DNA of 38,007 bases from Octopus bimaculoides (GCF_001194135.2 NC_068994.1:8876205-8914211); one strand, 5' to 3'. Shown: positions 23,740-34,654, numbered from the stretch's first letter. A program made the numbers and translations. Notes: generated from the letters alone by a model not told the origin.

Positions 23740-23915
23740 CTCCTTGAGCCACACTCATACCTTAGGAATGAGAACCCAGGTTCGAAATTTCCACAAGAAA
23801 CCCGATGAAGGCTGGAGGGTATATCAGCCGAAACGTCGTGCTAACAACAAACAAGATGAGGACAAATATCCATCAATTGTAAATAATGTACATAATCTCT
23901 TAAATATAGAACTAT
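23740..23915 (+). mobile_element. Penelope-like element terminal (pLTR/UTR) fragment
   Basis: Carries the c[t>c]gatgaag...ccgaaacgtc signature typical of PLE ends (established knowledge). No ORF is present. Confidence 0.55.
23796..23843 (+). ncRNA. Degenerate minimal type I hammerhead ribozyme
   Basis: CCGAUGA (23802-08; U4>C), extra A, stem II GGCUG/CAGCC (23810-14 / 23825-29) with a 10-nt loop, GAAA (23830-33), palindromic ACGU stem III and a GUC triplet (putative cut after 23837). Stem I is only partly paired. Confidence 0.55.
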
Positions 23916-23961
23916 GTTATCAAAGAAACAGAAAGGAGATAATAATAATAATAAATCAAAA

Positions 23962-24410
23962 TGGACAGGCATGAATGCGTGGTAAGATGACTGTTTCGCA
24001 AGCATATCGTTCCAGGTTCAGTCCCACTGTACAGCATCTTGGATGAATATCATTTACTATTAGCGTGGACGAACTGAAGCCATGGGTGTAGATTTGCTAA
24101 ACGGCAATATTGAAAGAAGAGCGTCGTGTTGGTGTGCGCGTGCGTGTGCGCGTGCGTCCGTGTGTTTGTGTGTGTGTATGTGGGTCTTTGTGCTTGTCCT
24201 GCACCACAGCTTGACGATAGGTGTGGGATTGTTTTACTTTTAACATGCACGTAACTTATTCGCTAGACCTAAGAGAACGATAGTGTATGTACCAAACTGG
24301 AGGGAAAAAAATGTAAGGGGTCCGCTTTATTCAACTCATACGTTCAGCGCTCTGCCCCAGCATGGCCGCAGTTCAATGACTAAAACAATTAAAGAGAAAA
24401 AGAAGAATAA
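23962..24410 (+). mobile_element. SINE family AB, full length but old (head + TG/CG microsatellite + tail)
   Basis: Head gcgtggtaag...ggttcagtcccactg...gaaagaagagcgtcg; spacer 24125-24185; tail ...ccccagcatggccgcagttcaatgactaaaacaattaaaga. Confidence 0.8.
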
Positions 24411-26091
24411 TGTTAAAGAAAGGAGTTTATAAAGGTCTTTCTTCTCCGATAAAAGTGGAATAATATAACANNNNNNNNNNNNNNNNNNNNNNNNNNNNNN
24501 NNNNNNNNNNNNNNNNNNNNNNNNNNNNNNNNNNNNNNNNNNNNNNNNNNNNNNNNNNNNNNNNNNNNNNNNNNNNNNNNNNNNNNNNNNNNNNNNNNNN
24601 NNNNNNNNNNNNNNNNNNNNNNNNNNNNNNNNNNNNNNNNNNNNNNNNNNNNNNNNNNNNNNNNNNNNNNNNNNNNNNNNNNNNNNNNNNNNNNNNNNNN
24701 NNNNNNNNNNNNNNNNNNNNNNNNNNNNNNNNNNNNNNNNNNNNNNNNNNNNNNNNNNNNNNNNNNNNNNNNNNNNNNNNNNNNNNNNNNNNNNNNNNNN
24801 NNNNNNNNNNNNNNNNNNNNNNNNNNNNNNNNNNNNNNNNNNNNNNNNNNNNNNNNNNNNNNNNNNNNNNNNNNNNNNNNNNNNNNNNNNNNNNNNNNNN
24901 NNNNNNNNNNNNNNNNNNNNNNNNNNNNNNNNNNNNNNNNNNNNNNNNNNNNNNNNNNNNNNNNNNNNNNNNNNNNNNNNNNNNNNNNNNNNNNNNNNNN
25001 NNNNNNNNNNNNNNNNNNNNNNNNNNNNNNNNNNNNNNNNNNNNNNNNNNNNNNNNNNNNNNNNNNNNNNNNNNNNNNNNNNNNNNNNNNNNNNNNNNNN
25101 NNNNNNNNNNNNNNNNNNNNNNNNNNNNNNNNNNNNNNNNNNNNNNNNNNNNNNNNNNNNATATATATATATATATATACATGCATACATACGTACATAC
25201 ATACATAGATACATATATACAAACATGCATACGTACGTACATATGTACACATATACATACATACATACATACATACACAATTCATATAAACGAATAATAA
25301 AATCGACAAGAGAACGCATTTAGAAATGGATATTTACTGATACGTAAATATTCACTTTTCCCAACCCCTTCCACAATGAAGATATTAATTTATACGATTG
25401 TGTGTGTGATCTGTAATGTGTTATATATTGCATTATATCATACACATACATTTATATACAGAGTCGTCTTTATATAGGCGCAAACATACACAGAAACACA
25501 CATGCGGTCATATATAAATGCATGTATTAATGTGAGAGTGTGTGAGTGTACGTATGTGTGTGCATGGAAATACGTTTATGTCTATATTGTTAACACGAAG
25601 TATGTTTGATTTAGATATTCTTGAAGATTTTTATGCATTTAATATGGAATATAAAAAAAAAAATATTTGATATAGCAATAATTAAACTTAAACACATTTG
25701 TTTCTTTAATAAAATATCTGTATGAGATATTGCTCCAATAGCTATGTGTTCGTGTGTATGCATTATATATATATATATATATACATACATACATATTAAA
25801 TTTTATGACATGCTTCACAATAAAGTTTCTTTACGGCAATATTTATAACAATCTGTTCATTAACAACAGCGTAAAAATATTTGCATAGAAAGCACACACG
25901 CGCACAAACGCACGCATGCAAGCTCGCACACACACAAACGCACACGCACGGACACGCGCTCATATGCATACACATGCGCACCCATATACGGGCACTCTCC
26001 GAGTTATATCCTTACAATGTGACTAGGAACGAATGAAAATAAAACCAATATTTTAAAAATGGAATATTACAATGCCTTTTTTATTTCGTAG

Positions 26092-26139
26092 TTGACGCAG
26101 CACAAATTCCCTGACGAACCGATCCAACGCACAATGAAG
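26092..26139 (+). CDS. Candidate 48-nt phase-0 internal exon LTQHKFPDEPIQRTMK, product unidentified
   Basis: ccttttttatttcgtag|TTGACG...ATGAAG|gtattg. Strong acceptor and donor, only one frame open, and GC/CpG richer than the flanks. Confidence 0.45.
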
Positions 26140-26410
26140 GTATTGTATTGCTTCAAATTTGATAAATGTCCCTGGGAGTGATAAATTCTGCGACGATTTC
26201 GATGGCGTATGCGCGTTTTATTCAATGAGAAGAAATGCATTTTGCATGATATTATACTGGAATTGCAAAGCTATTCCAAGTAGAACCTTGTTTCTTTATT
26301 TAATCTCGTAACAAACTCAGCCTCAAATTTTGTGGAATGAGTGACATATTACATAACAAGTAGAATCCAATGGAGGAGAATTTCTATGCATTCTCCCTTT
26401 CCTGTGGAAA

Positions 26411-26542
26411 GTGATGAGCTGGCAAAACCGTTAGCATATCGGGAAAAAACGCTCAGCGGCGTTTCATGTCTTTTCGTTTTGTGTTCAAATTCGTGATTGA
26501 CATTACCTTTTAATCCTATCGGGGTCGATAAAATAAGTATCA
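26411..26542 (+). mobile_element. SINE family C (diverged, 3'-truncated)
   Basis: gagctggcaaaaccgttagca...gtgttcaaattc...taatcctatcggggtcgataaaataagta aligns with the reverse complement of 31070-31299. Confidence 0.75.
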
Positions 26543-26786
26543 TTTCAAAAGGATTATATTTCGTCTTGCTTTTAATTAATTAGAGTTTTTATTGCATATA
26601 TGTAACACTCTGGAATAAAGTAATGTCTACACTTCTATTTTACATTTCCTTATTATACTTTATTTATTGCACCGATATTGAATATATGGATTTTCATATA
26701 TATTCTTTGTTTGGATGGAATCGGCAAACTTGGATGTTTAACATCGATTTGAAGGCCTTAAGTCCTTACTTCTACTATATATATAT

Positions 26787-27907
26787 ACGATGGTGACGAA
26801 GTTAGCTCTCACTTTTGCTAACTTCGTTACGGCATACTAAGAAGTCCAAATACACGAGTAAGCCAGATAGCTACTACAAATCCGTAATTTCCTATTGCTA
26901 TCGCTACAAGGTCGATCGGTGCATTCAGTAGTCATAAAATCTGGATGAACCTTTGGAATTTAAGAACTGAGTATGAACCACAGAATCCATTTCACAATGG
27001 AATATAATGAAGCACACCTGCACTTTTGAGACATGCTAATCAGGAAAAGAGCCACTAACACTGAAGCAGAGATGTACTTTAAGCTAACAGGTATAAAACA
27101 GTATCTGCCGTTTTCTTCCTACCATCCAAGTCGTAAAAGTTCAATACTTTTTAGCTCCAACTTGGAGACATGACTCCAAGAACTTGAAAACAAATTTCCC
27201 CAGGGAACCAGTCAATTTAATCAATAACGGAGTAGAAGGTGCCAAAGTAGTAGACATCCAATCATTATGAGAAACAAGAAAACCCCTTGATGCAATCAAC
27301 ACTTTATCTTATGTATCAACACACAATCCAAGAAATATAGAAGTATACAACATCATCTATCAGAATATAACACTTTTGATGAACGAACTGCAAATGAAGA
27401 AAATAAAGACTATAAGATAAAATACTATAAGTAAAAGATAATTAAAATGTCTTCAATGGTTAATTAGTAGCGCTAAATTATGCACCAAAAATAAAATACC
27501 AACATTAAAAATATGCAACTAACCAAATTGCGGAAACTGTATCAACCTCATGGAAAGTTCGACTTATGAATTCAAGGCAGGATGAAAAATTCAACATAGA
27601 AATTCATTTCATCTGTGCATCGAGGGGTTTAATTTATGTTATTAAACATCGGATATGAAGGGATTACATGAGACAAACGAGCTTGGCTTTGGTTTATATA
27701 ATGACGGTATACTGTCAATAGTTTCGAAACACCGCAAGTAGGGAAATTCCACTGAATAAACATCTAGATCTGTGACCCACATACAACCAACCAAAATACC
27801 AAATTTTTTGTCTATATCAACACATCCGGGACACTTCAGCACAATTCCGATTAAACAAGGAAAATATTTATAGTAAGAATTATAAGCCAAAGCTAAATAC
27901 TGCGTAA
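26787..27907 (+). mobile_element. Decayed Penelope-like retroelement: RT C-terminal part + GIY-YIG endonuclease
   Basis: Translation with stops and frameshifts: TMVTKLALTFANFVTAY*E (GT.MG...AP.YANL.M motif); HFTMEYNEAHLHF*DMLIRK...MYFKLTGIKQYLPFSSYHP (PLE thumb); CN*PNCGNC (linker cysteines); FICASRGLIYVI...RDYMRQT (GIY-YIG, LIY/YIGQT); RLNKENIYSKNYKPKLN (terminal motif). Confidence 0.88.
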
Positions 27908-29689
27908 CGACACACTACAATATAAGAGCACTATTTCTTTTAACCAAAAACGACTAGAAACGGCAGAAATAGCTCAAGATGTGAAGCAATAAGCTTACTC
28001 TGGGATTCGAAACTCTAATTCAAATTACTATATAATTACACCTTGCGCTTTCTCAACACTATTTTCTAACGTCAAACAGGGCTTAATCAATTGTATTTCT
28101 TGTTGGTCAAAAAGGGACCCTCAGGAAAAAGAAATAATCCTTTGTTGACTGGTAAAAGTGATAACTTAAGGGAACTCTGATAGACCACCATAGAAAAACT
28201 AGTGAACTAGATATGTAGCAAACACATGACAAATAGCTAGATCACTGTTGGTGAAAAAAAATTGTGCAAAACAGTTCATAAGCAAATGAAGTTATCAGGA
28301 AGTAAACCAACCAGAACGCTGGACTAATGCCGAACTTAGATGTGTTGCGAGAAATTCCGAAAAACAAGTGCAACATCCAAGAAGTTGGCCAACCAAAGTA
28401 CTGAACCACAAACATTAAGTTAATAGCCAATCAAAAGTTGAAACTACATCCTAAATGCCAACATATACAAAACAATTTCAGCTGAAAGCAATTCAAGCCC
28501 TCAACAGTAAAAACAGCGACGAAGAACCGTTTTCATGCACTACGACAAATATATCTTTTTTATTTACTCTTTTAAAACCTCATCGTATGTATTTTTATAT
28601 CAAGAATTTTTTTATATAATTCATTACTCTAAAAATTACTGAACTAAGAAACATGCGTGATCGTTAAGAAATTCGTTAATCATTTGAAATTTTATATTTT
28701 CTAATTTGGGTGAAATTTAGTGAATATTGGAATTTGTCTGAACGTTTGATTTTTTCAAGCATTTTGATTGAAATTCCTCATGCATATTCAATCCTTCCTA
28801 ATATCGTTTTTATTCATGATTGGAAAACAATAGCTGAAACCGGTATGGTATTTTAACAAATTTGTCAAAAATATCTTTAACTTCAGTTCGTTTTAAAGGT
28901 CAAGTTCATTTTCTATCCGTATATTAACTCTTCTATATTCTTTACTCCATAGAATAAAACTCTTCTCAATCACTCTCTGTTTCTCTCTCAGTCTATCGTG
29001 ATTGATATATCATTATGCACACGCACACACACATACACACATACACATGCACACGCCCATATATATATAGAGAGAGACAAATAGTCAGAGACATAGAGAG
29101 TAAGAGAACGAGAGAGATAATGTAGTCCTAGTTGTAATATACATTCATAAAATACAAGAGTATCCCTGTTGGAATTAGCTGGTGATCAGTCTAATATAAC
29201 GCTATTACGGGGATGTTTACTTGAACAAGACTTATTTAATAGACTATATTACATAGACAATACCGTATATAAAGTACTTAGTGTATATACATACTACGGT
29301 CTTAAATATGAAATATGAGAATGCTTGTAGATGTATATGTATATATATATATATAGATATAGATATATATATATATATATATANNNNNNNNNNNNNNNNN
29401 NNATATAAACGACTTTTGATATTTCAAACATCTCATTGATATTTATCACAAACCACACCTTACTCACATCAGTCCATAGATATACTCACCTACACACATA
29501 ATTACGTGTATGTATGCATGTATGTTGGAAAGTATGCATATATTTAATTCTATGTGTGTGTGTGTGTGTATGTGTATGTGCGTGTGCGTAAGCTCACGTG
29601 CCTAGAAATGTGTGTGCAGGAGCGACCGTGAGCGCATCTCTCTTTATGTCTGTGCGCGCACATTTTTACATTATAATTAATGAAATATT

Positions 29690-30010
29690 TTATCAATAAT
29701 ATCACAAGCCGTATACAGACGCTTCAAAGTGTTATATATATGTGTATATATATATATATATATATAAAGCACACACATACATACGCACACACACACACAA
29801 ACACACACACACACACACCCACATATATATTTATATATATATATGTAAATATATGCATATATATATGTATATATATACATATACACACACATATATACAT
29901 AATATATATATAATATAATATACGTGTATATACCTATATATATATAAACATATATGTATGTATACACGTATATACATGTACATATATACTTATTCATACG
30001 TAAGTTAGTC

Positions 30011-30068
<58 letters not shown>

Positions 30069-30140
30069 TATATACATATATGTCTGTGTGTGTGTGTGTG
30101 TGTGTGCGTGAGTGTATTTATAACACACACACACATACAG
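29690..30140. repeat. Compound (TA)n/(CA)n/(TG)n microsatellite field
   Basis: Read directly from the sequence. Confidence 0.9.
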
Positions 30141-30764
30141 ATGTACTTACACACATTCAGTTTCTCTCTGAAATACAACAAATATCAAAAGTAAAGATGA
30201 AAAACTTAGAAAATATTACGAGTTCATTGAGTGCAATGACCTTCTGATATTTTTATTTTATCCAGTAAATAAAACTCCTTTGAACTCTATCAATATATTT
30301 ATTGTCCTTCCCCGTCTTGTCTCTCATTTGAATGTCCCCCTCTTTCTCCTCTCCTGTTCCCCCTTTTTCCATTGTTCCCCTTCTATATATATGCCTTAGT
30401 CGCTCTGTTTCTTCCACACTATATTACGTCTTCGTTTACATATTTTAAGACATAGCAGCTAAATATTCCCCATATCGCTGCTTATGATTTTAATAAATAA
30501 AGGATATATCAAATAATGCGGTTCGTTATATAGTAAAATCTAAAAACAAATACAGAGGAGATGATCACGGTTGTATTGTCTTTTATCTTGTTTCATTTTG
30601 CTGGTGGGTGAGACGACAGGACTACCGCCATTGCACGCCCACGGAACCTACTGTAGATATAGATATCTTTGATCATAAGAACGTTGGATTTGGACTATCC
30701 TGAAGCGAAATAACCACAATATACTAGACAAATTGTAAGTGGAAATAACCCTCCATTTAGTTTT

Positions 30765-30960
30765 TTAGCTTGCTGAAATGGCTGCCAAATCTAGTTTAAA
30801 ACTTTCTCCGGTGTTTCAAACATGAAAGACAATTTCTGCCTCGTTTTTCCAGGAAACATTGATTGTTTCTATGTATGAAGGACTGGGTGATCAAAGCTGG
30901 AATATTTTTGATCTTAGAGTTGTTCAATCAGAGCTGACCTGGGGCTAAGCAAGCAAACGG
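30765..30960 (-). repeat. Dispersed repeat family E
   Basis: The reverse complement reads ttagccccaggtcagctctgattgaacaactctaagatcaaaaatattccagc...tagatttggcagccatttcagcaag. A (CAA/CAG)n tract follows at 30965-31035. Confidence 0.6.
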
Positions 30961-31069
30961 CCAAACTTATAACAACAGCGACGACAACAAGAACAACAAC
31001 AATAACAGCAACAACAGCGGCAGCAGCAGCAGCCACGAACGAAAGGAAAATGATTATTCGTTCCTACTC

Positions 31070-31299
31070 TAGGCACAAGGCCTGAAATTTTGGGGCAGGA
31101 GATAAGTGGATTAGATCGACCCCACTACGCAATTGGTACTTAATTTATCGACCCCGAAAGAATGAAAAGCAAAATCGACCTCGGCGGATTTTGAACTCAG
31201 AACGTTAAGACAGACGAAATAGCGCTAAACATTTCGCCCGGCGTGCTAACGCTTCTGTCATCTCGCCCGGCGTGCTAACGCTTCTGCCATCTCGCCGCC
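31070..31299 (-). mobile_element. SINE family C, near full length, with a 29-bp tandem duplication in the head
   Basis: The reverse complement begins ggcggcgagatggcagaagcgttagcacgccgggcga (A-box-like) and contains gagttcaaaatcc (B-box-like), followed by two GGGGTCGAT motifs. Confidence 0.88.
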
Positions 31300-31321
31300 A
31301 TATTTGCAATAATTATTAATG

Positions 31322-31510
31322 CTTCGTCGTTGTCTGTTGGCTCCAAGTGAACCATGCTGGAGCAGTATTCTGATCATAGGCACGACATCTCTGACCGAAC
31401 CGTCCAGTTTACAAACATGTCAGAACCACAGAACCCGGCGTATCTTTCCATTTACAGATGTCCGTAATGTGATTTACGGGAGATTTAGCCGTTATTTTAG
31501 TAGGTTGCGA
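31322..31510 (+). repeat. Dispersed repeat family E (diverged)
   Basis: ttggctccaagtgaaccatgctggagcag...gtgatttacgggagatttagccgttattttagtagg resembles the other E copies. Confidence 0.5.
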
Positions 31511-31599
31511 CAACTATGGTGACGCTCCCTCAGTGTCTCGTTAACTTATTTATTTACTATTGTAACGATAAATTGCTATCTTCCACTCCTGTGCCAAGT

Positions 31600-32240
31600 C
31601 AAACTTCATCTCCGTTACTCCTTCTTCCTCTTTCTTCTTTCATTCTCTATGTCTTTCTTTATATCTTTCCGCTTTTCTTACACTAATTATGAAGTAGCAT
31701 CAATATCTAATGACGCATTAATGTCTCCACGTCTGTCTCTTTTTCTATTTCTCCCTGTCCGTTTGTCTGTCACACTGTCTATCTGTCTGTTTTTCTCTCT
31801 CTTTCTCTCTCACTCTCTCCTTATTTTTCTCTTTCCTACCGCTATAAATACTGCCGTCTATCTATCCATCACTTGGCCGTTACTCATCCGTTTCGATTGT
31901 CCTTTCTCGCTATTTAAACCTTCTAATCCACTTTCTTCTTCTCCATCACTCGTTTACTCTATTATCATGCATATTTTTTCTCTTTCCTCTTTCTGTCTCC
32001 CTTTGTCCTCACTCTGTTGCTCGCATTTTCTCATTTATTTTACTATCACTACAATTCTCGCGGTCTTTCTCACTCGATCATTTTTAATATTCTTCTATTT
32101 CTTCAATAACCATTACCACATCTACAATACCCCTTACTTCCCTCTGGTTTTATGCTCTATCTTTCATTTTATTCTACTGATTATCCACTTTCTTAATACC
32201 CTCTATGTTTTAATTCCTCTCTACTTCTTCACATAACTCA
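31600..32240. repeat. CT-rich cryptic low-complexity tract
   Basis: Strong pyrimidine bias, which explains the 195-aa hydrophobic ORF. Confidence 0.8.
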
Positions 32241-32471
32241 CATTTCCGCCAATGATGTTTATTGATACTTTTTATTCATTACTGTCTATTATAGGGTTTT
32301 ATGTTCATGCTCTGTTTGTATCATTCCGAATACAGCCTAGATCTTTGTGCTTAGACATAATTTTGTGTCACAAATGGTTCGCTGCTATGCCACAAACTGT
32401 CACGGTGTGTTGTAAATACAAAGACACTTAAAAAAAATCTCGTATGTTTTTCTTCTCATGTACCGCATCAG

Positions 32472-32501
32472 TGCATGTCCATCGGATCGGCAAATTGCAA
32501 G
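32472..32501 (+). CDS. Possible 30-nt exon (all three frames open)
   Basis: tttttcttctcatgtaccgcatcag|TGCATG...GCAAG|gtgtgc. The donor is weak. Confidence 0.2.
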
Positions 32502-32981
32502 GTGTGCGTCCATCTCAATTTTAAACCAATTTTATAATTCCTTTTTTTCTTCATATAATAAACCTTTCATAAAACTAATGGTATCTCGTAGTCCTCTTGA
32601 TATCTGATTCATTATTCCGTACATTGAAATTTTAAAAATCGATGCAACACAGAAATTATTATTGTAACTTGCTTTCATATGCCCTACTACTTCCATATAC
32701 ATGCACATACACAATCTTCACATTTGTAACTGAAGTCCCTGTACTTTGCTTTCATATGTCGTTTATTATGGGTCTTTTTGATAAGATCGGTTTTTCACGA
32801 GACCTGTTCGTGTTGACATACATCCGGGAGAAATTATTCTGAGAACTGCTCGAAATTGCTATTAGACTGCTTAGCATTTCATTTCACACCTTGATTATGC
32901 TTTCTTATTTTATTTTATTAATCAATTACTATTATTGTCATTATTATTATTATTATTATTATTAATATTACTATTATTATT

Positions 32982-33155
32982 GCGATCTGGCAGAATCATT
33001 AGCGGGCTGGATGAAATTCTTAGCGGTAGTTCACCAGTCACTACTTACTGAGTAGAAATTCCACGGAGGTCGACTCTACCTTTCATTCTTTGGTGGTCGA
33101 TTAAATAAGTACCAGTTGGGGTTGATGTAATCGACTCATTCCATCTCCCAAAAAT

Positions 33156-33157
<2 letters not shown>
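32982..33157 (+). mobile_element. SINE family C
   Basis: ctggcagaatcattagcgggc...ggaggtcgactctacctttcattctttggtggtcgattaaataagtaccagttggggttgatgtaatcgactc. Confidence 0.82.
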
Positions 33158-33212
<55 letters not shown>

Positions 33213-33255
33213 CATTGTGGCAAAATTTAAAACAATTATTATTAGTAGTAACAAT

Positions 33256-33419
33256 AGGCGAAGGAGTGGCTGTGTGGTAAGTAGCTTGCTTACGAAACAC
33301 ATGGTTCCGGGTTCAGTCCCACTGCGTGGCACATTGGGCAAGTGTCTTCTACTATAGGCCTCAGGCCGACCAAAACTTTGTGAGTGGATTTGATAGACGG
33401 AAACTGAAAGAAGCCCGCT
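33256..33419 (+). mobile_element. SINE family AB head (well preserved)
   Basis: A-box-like TGGCTGTGTGGTAA and B-box-like GGTTCAGTCCC. Nearly colinear with 15329-15494. Confidence 0.9.
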
Positions 33420-33424
33420 GTAAT

Positions 33425-33590
33425 CGTTTTTTGCCTTTTATGCCTTTCAGAAATTGAAATAGTAAATTCCAGCCAAGAACTGGAGGCGATGTAGTTGATT
33501 TACTCACTCCCTTGAGAATTTCTCTGCATGTACCAAAATTAGAAAGACTGGCAGAATCGTTAGATCTTTGGAAAAATTTGCCTAGCGTTA
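33425..33590 (+). mobile_element. Degenerate SINE family C pieces
   Basis: ttgccttttatgcctttcag...aactggaggcgatgtagttgatttactcactccc (body) and ctggcagaatcgttag (head start at about 33548). Confidence 0.5.
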
Positions 33591-34249
33591 CGTGAAATAA
33601 TATAGGTTATATCGTATCTTCATAGAACACATCATTACCCATTAATTTAAAATTAGATATTTTAAAGATTTACTGAAAGATGCTTGAAATAAAAATTCTA
33701 GCAACATCTTAAAAAAGATTTATTTCAAGAAAATAACTGGCTAAACTGGATTATACATTTTAAAATTTACTGATTTTGTAATTTCCTCCCCAGAGAAGAA
33801 TTTATATAAGCATTTTATAGCTTTTCCAGATATAGACAATGTTGACGTCGGTTTTTCACTCTTGCACAAAATCGCATATTAGCGTAAATTGAATTATTTG
33901 TTTTCTGTATTTGATAAGGTCATACATCATTGACCTCGAGAGATTGAACTGCTATGTTTTCTCAGTAGAATTCGAAATGTAAAAGTGTAAAATATATTCA
34001 TCATTCCTTTATTATCATGAGCACGTAAATCAACGAGAAACAAAACAGTAATGGAAATATTCAGTCTTAACACTCCCAACAGATTCCAAAGTGAATTTAT
34101 TATCGAGTGTGCATACATAATCAGGCATCAGAAAATAATTGTTTGCTGAAATTATGAGTAGAAAACACCCAAAATCTTCTTTAAATCAGTGATTCGGGAG
34201 GAAATTTGGCTGAAGAGACAGAATCATGTCGAAACCCCCCCGTGTTTCA

Positions 34250-34545
34250 GAAAACCCCTCAGGCGATCCTGAATCGACTCTGTTGTAAATCTATTCCGTT
34301 TGAAACGCAGATTTTGTCCCCCGAAGGCGAAATAATATAGTGAGTAGCATATTCCTGTCAAGTAGTTGATTACCAGGATAGTAATCACTGCACATTCTGG
34401 GAACAAAGTTTGCGCAAATTTTGCGAAAGTTCAGATCTGCTTTAACTCCGTGTACAGTTGCCACATCAACTTCAAATTTATGCTTCATGTCTTTATAGAC
34501 ATACAACCGACTTCACCCAGAAAATTGCGAATTCTCTCAACCAAT
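34250..34545 (-). mobile_element. Internally deleted mariner-family transposase remnant
   Basis: Minus strand: VERIRNFLGE..CMSIKT / KFEVDVATVHGVKADLNFRKICANFVPR (HTH + RK.CA.WVP motif), joined within about 40 nt to YSLYYFAF..QNLRFKRNRFTTESIQ (YSPDLAP.. and LKG.RF-like C-terminus). Confidence 0.7.
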
Positions 34546-34654
34546 CTGTTTTGACGATGTTCTCCCTCCCACACCATTCATCGATTCTCACCTCTTATCT
34601 ACTGTCCTTAAATGCCTTGTGCCAGCGATAAATATTAATCTATATGTGGTCTAG

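Larger units (their letters stand above)
776..29402. other. 14 assembly gaps: 776-1286, 2296-3290, 4538-5011, 6340-6667, 10259-11099, 11938-12588, 14931-15309, 16107-16349, 17745-18029, 20527-20601, 21578-22193, 23059-23240, 24471-25160, 29384-29402
   Basis: Runs of N. Most abut microsatellites. Confidence 0.99.

Noticed and set aside
216-25319. Long ORFs made of poly-X, poly-D/S/I/F or YIYI/THTH/LSLS runs
   Set aside because: They are translations of microsatellites and N-gaps and contain no domain.
27975-28015. Possible second hammerhead after the Penelope ORF (ctcaagatg...cgaaac)
   Set aside because: The core is mutated and no stem II closes directly before GAAA.
33447-33500. Strong-looking acceptor gcctttcag at about 33449
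   Set aside because: It lies inside a degenerate family C SINE body, and the frames close quickly.
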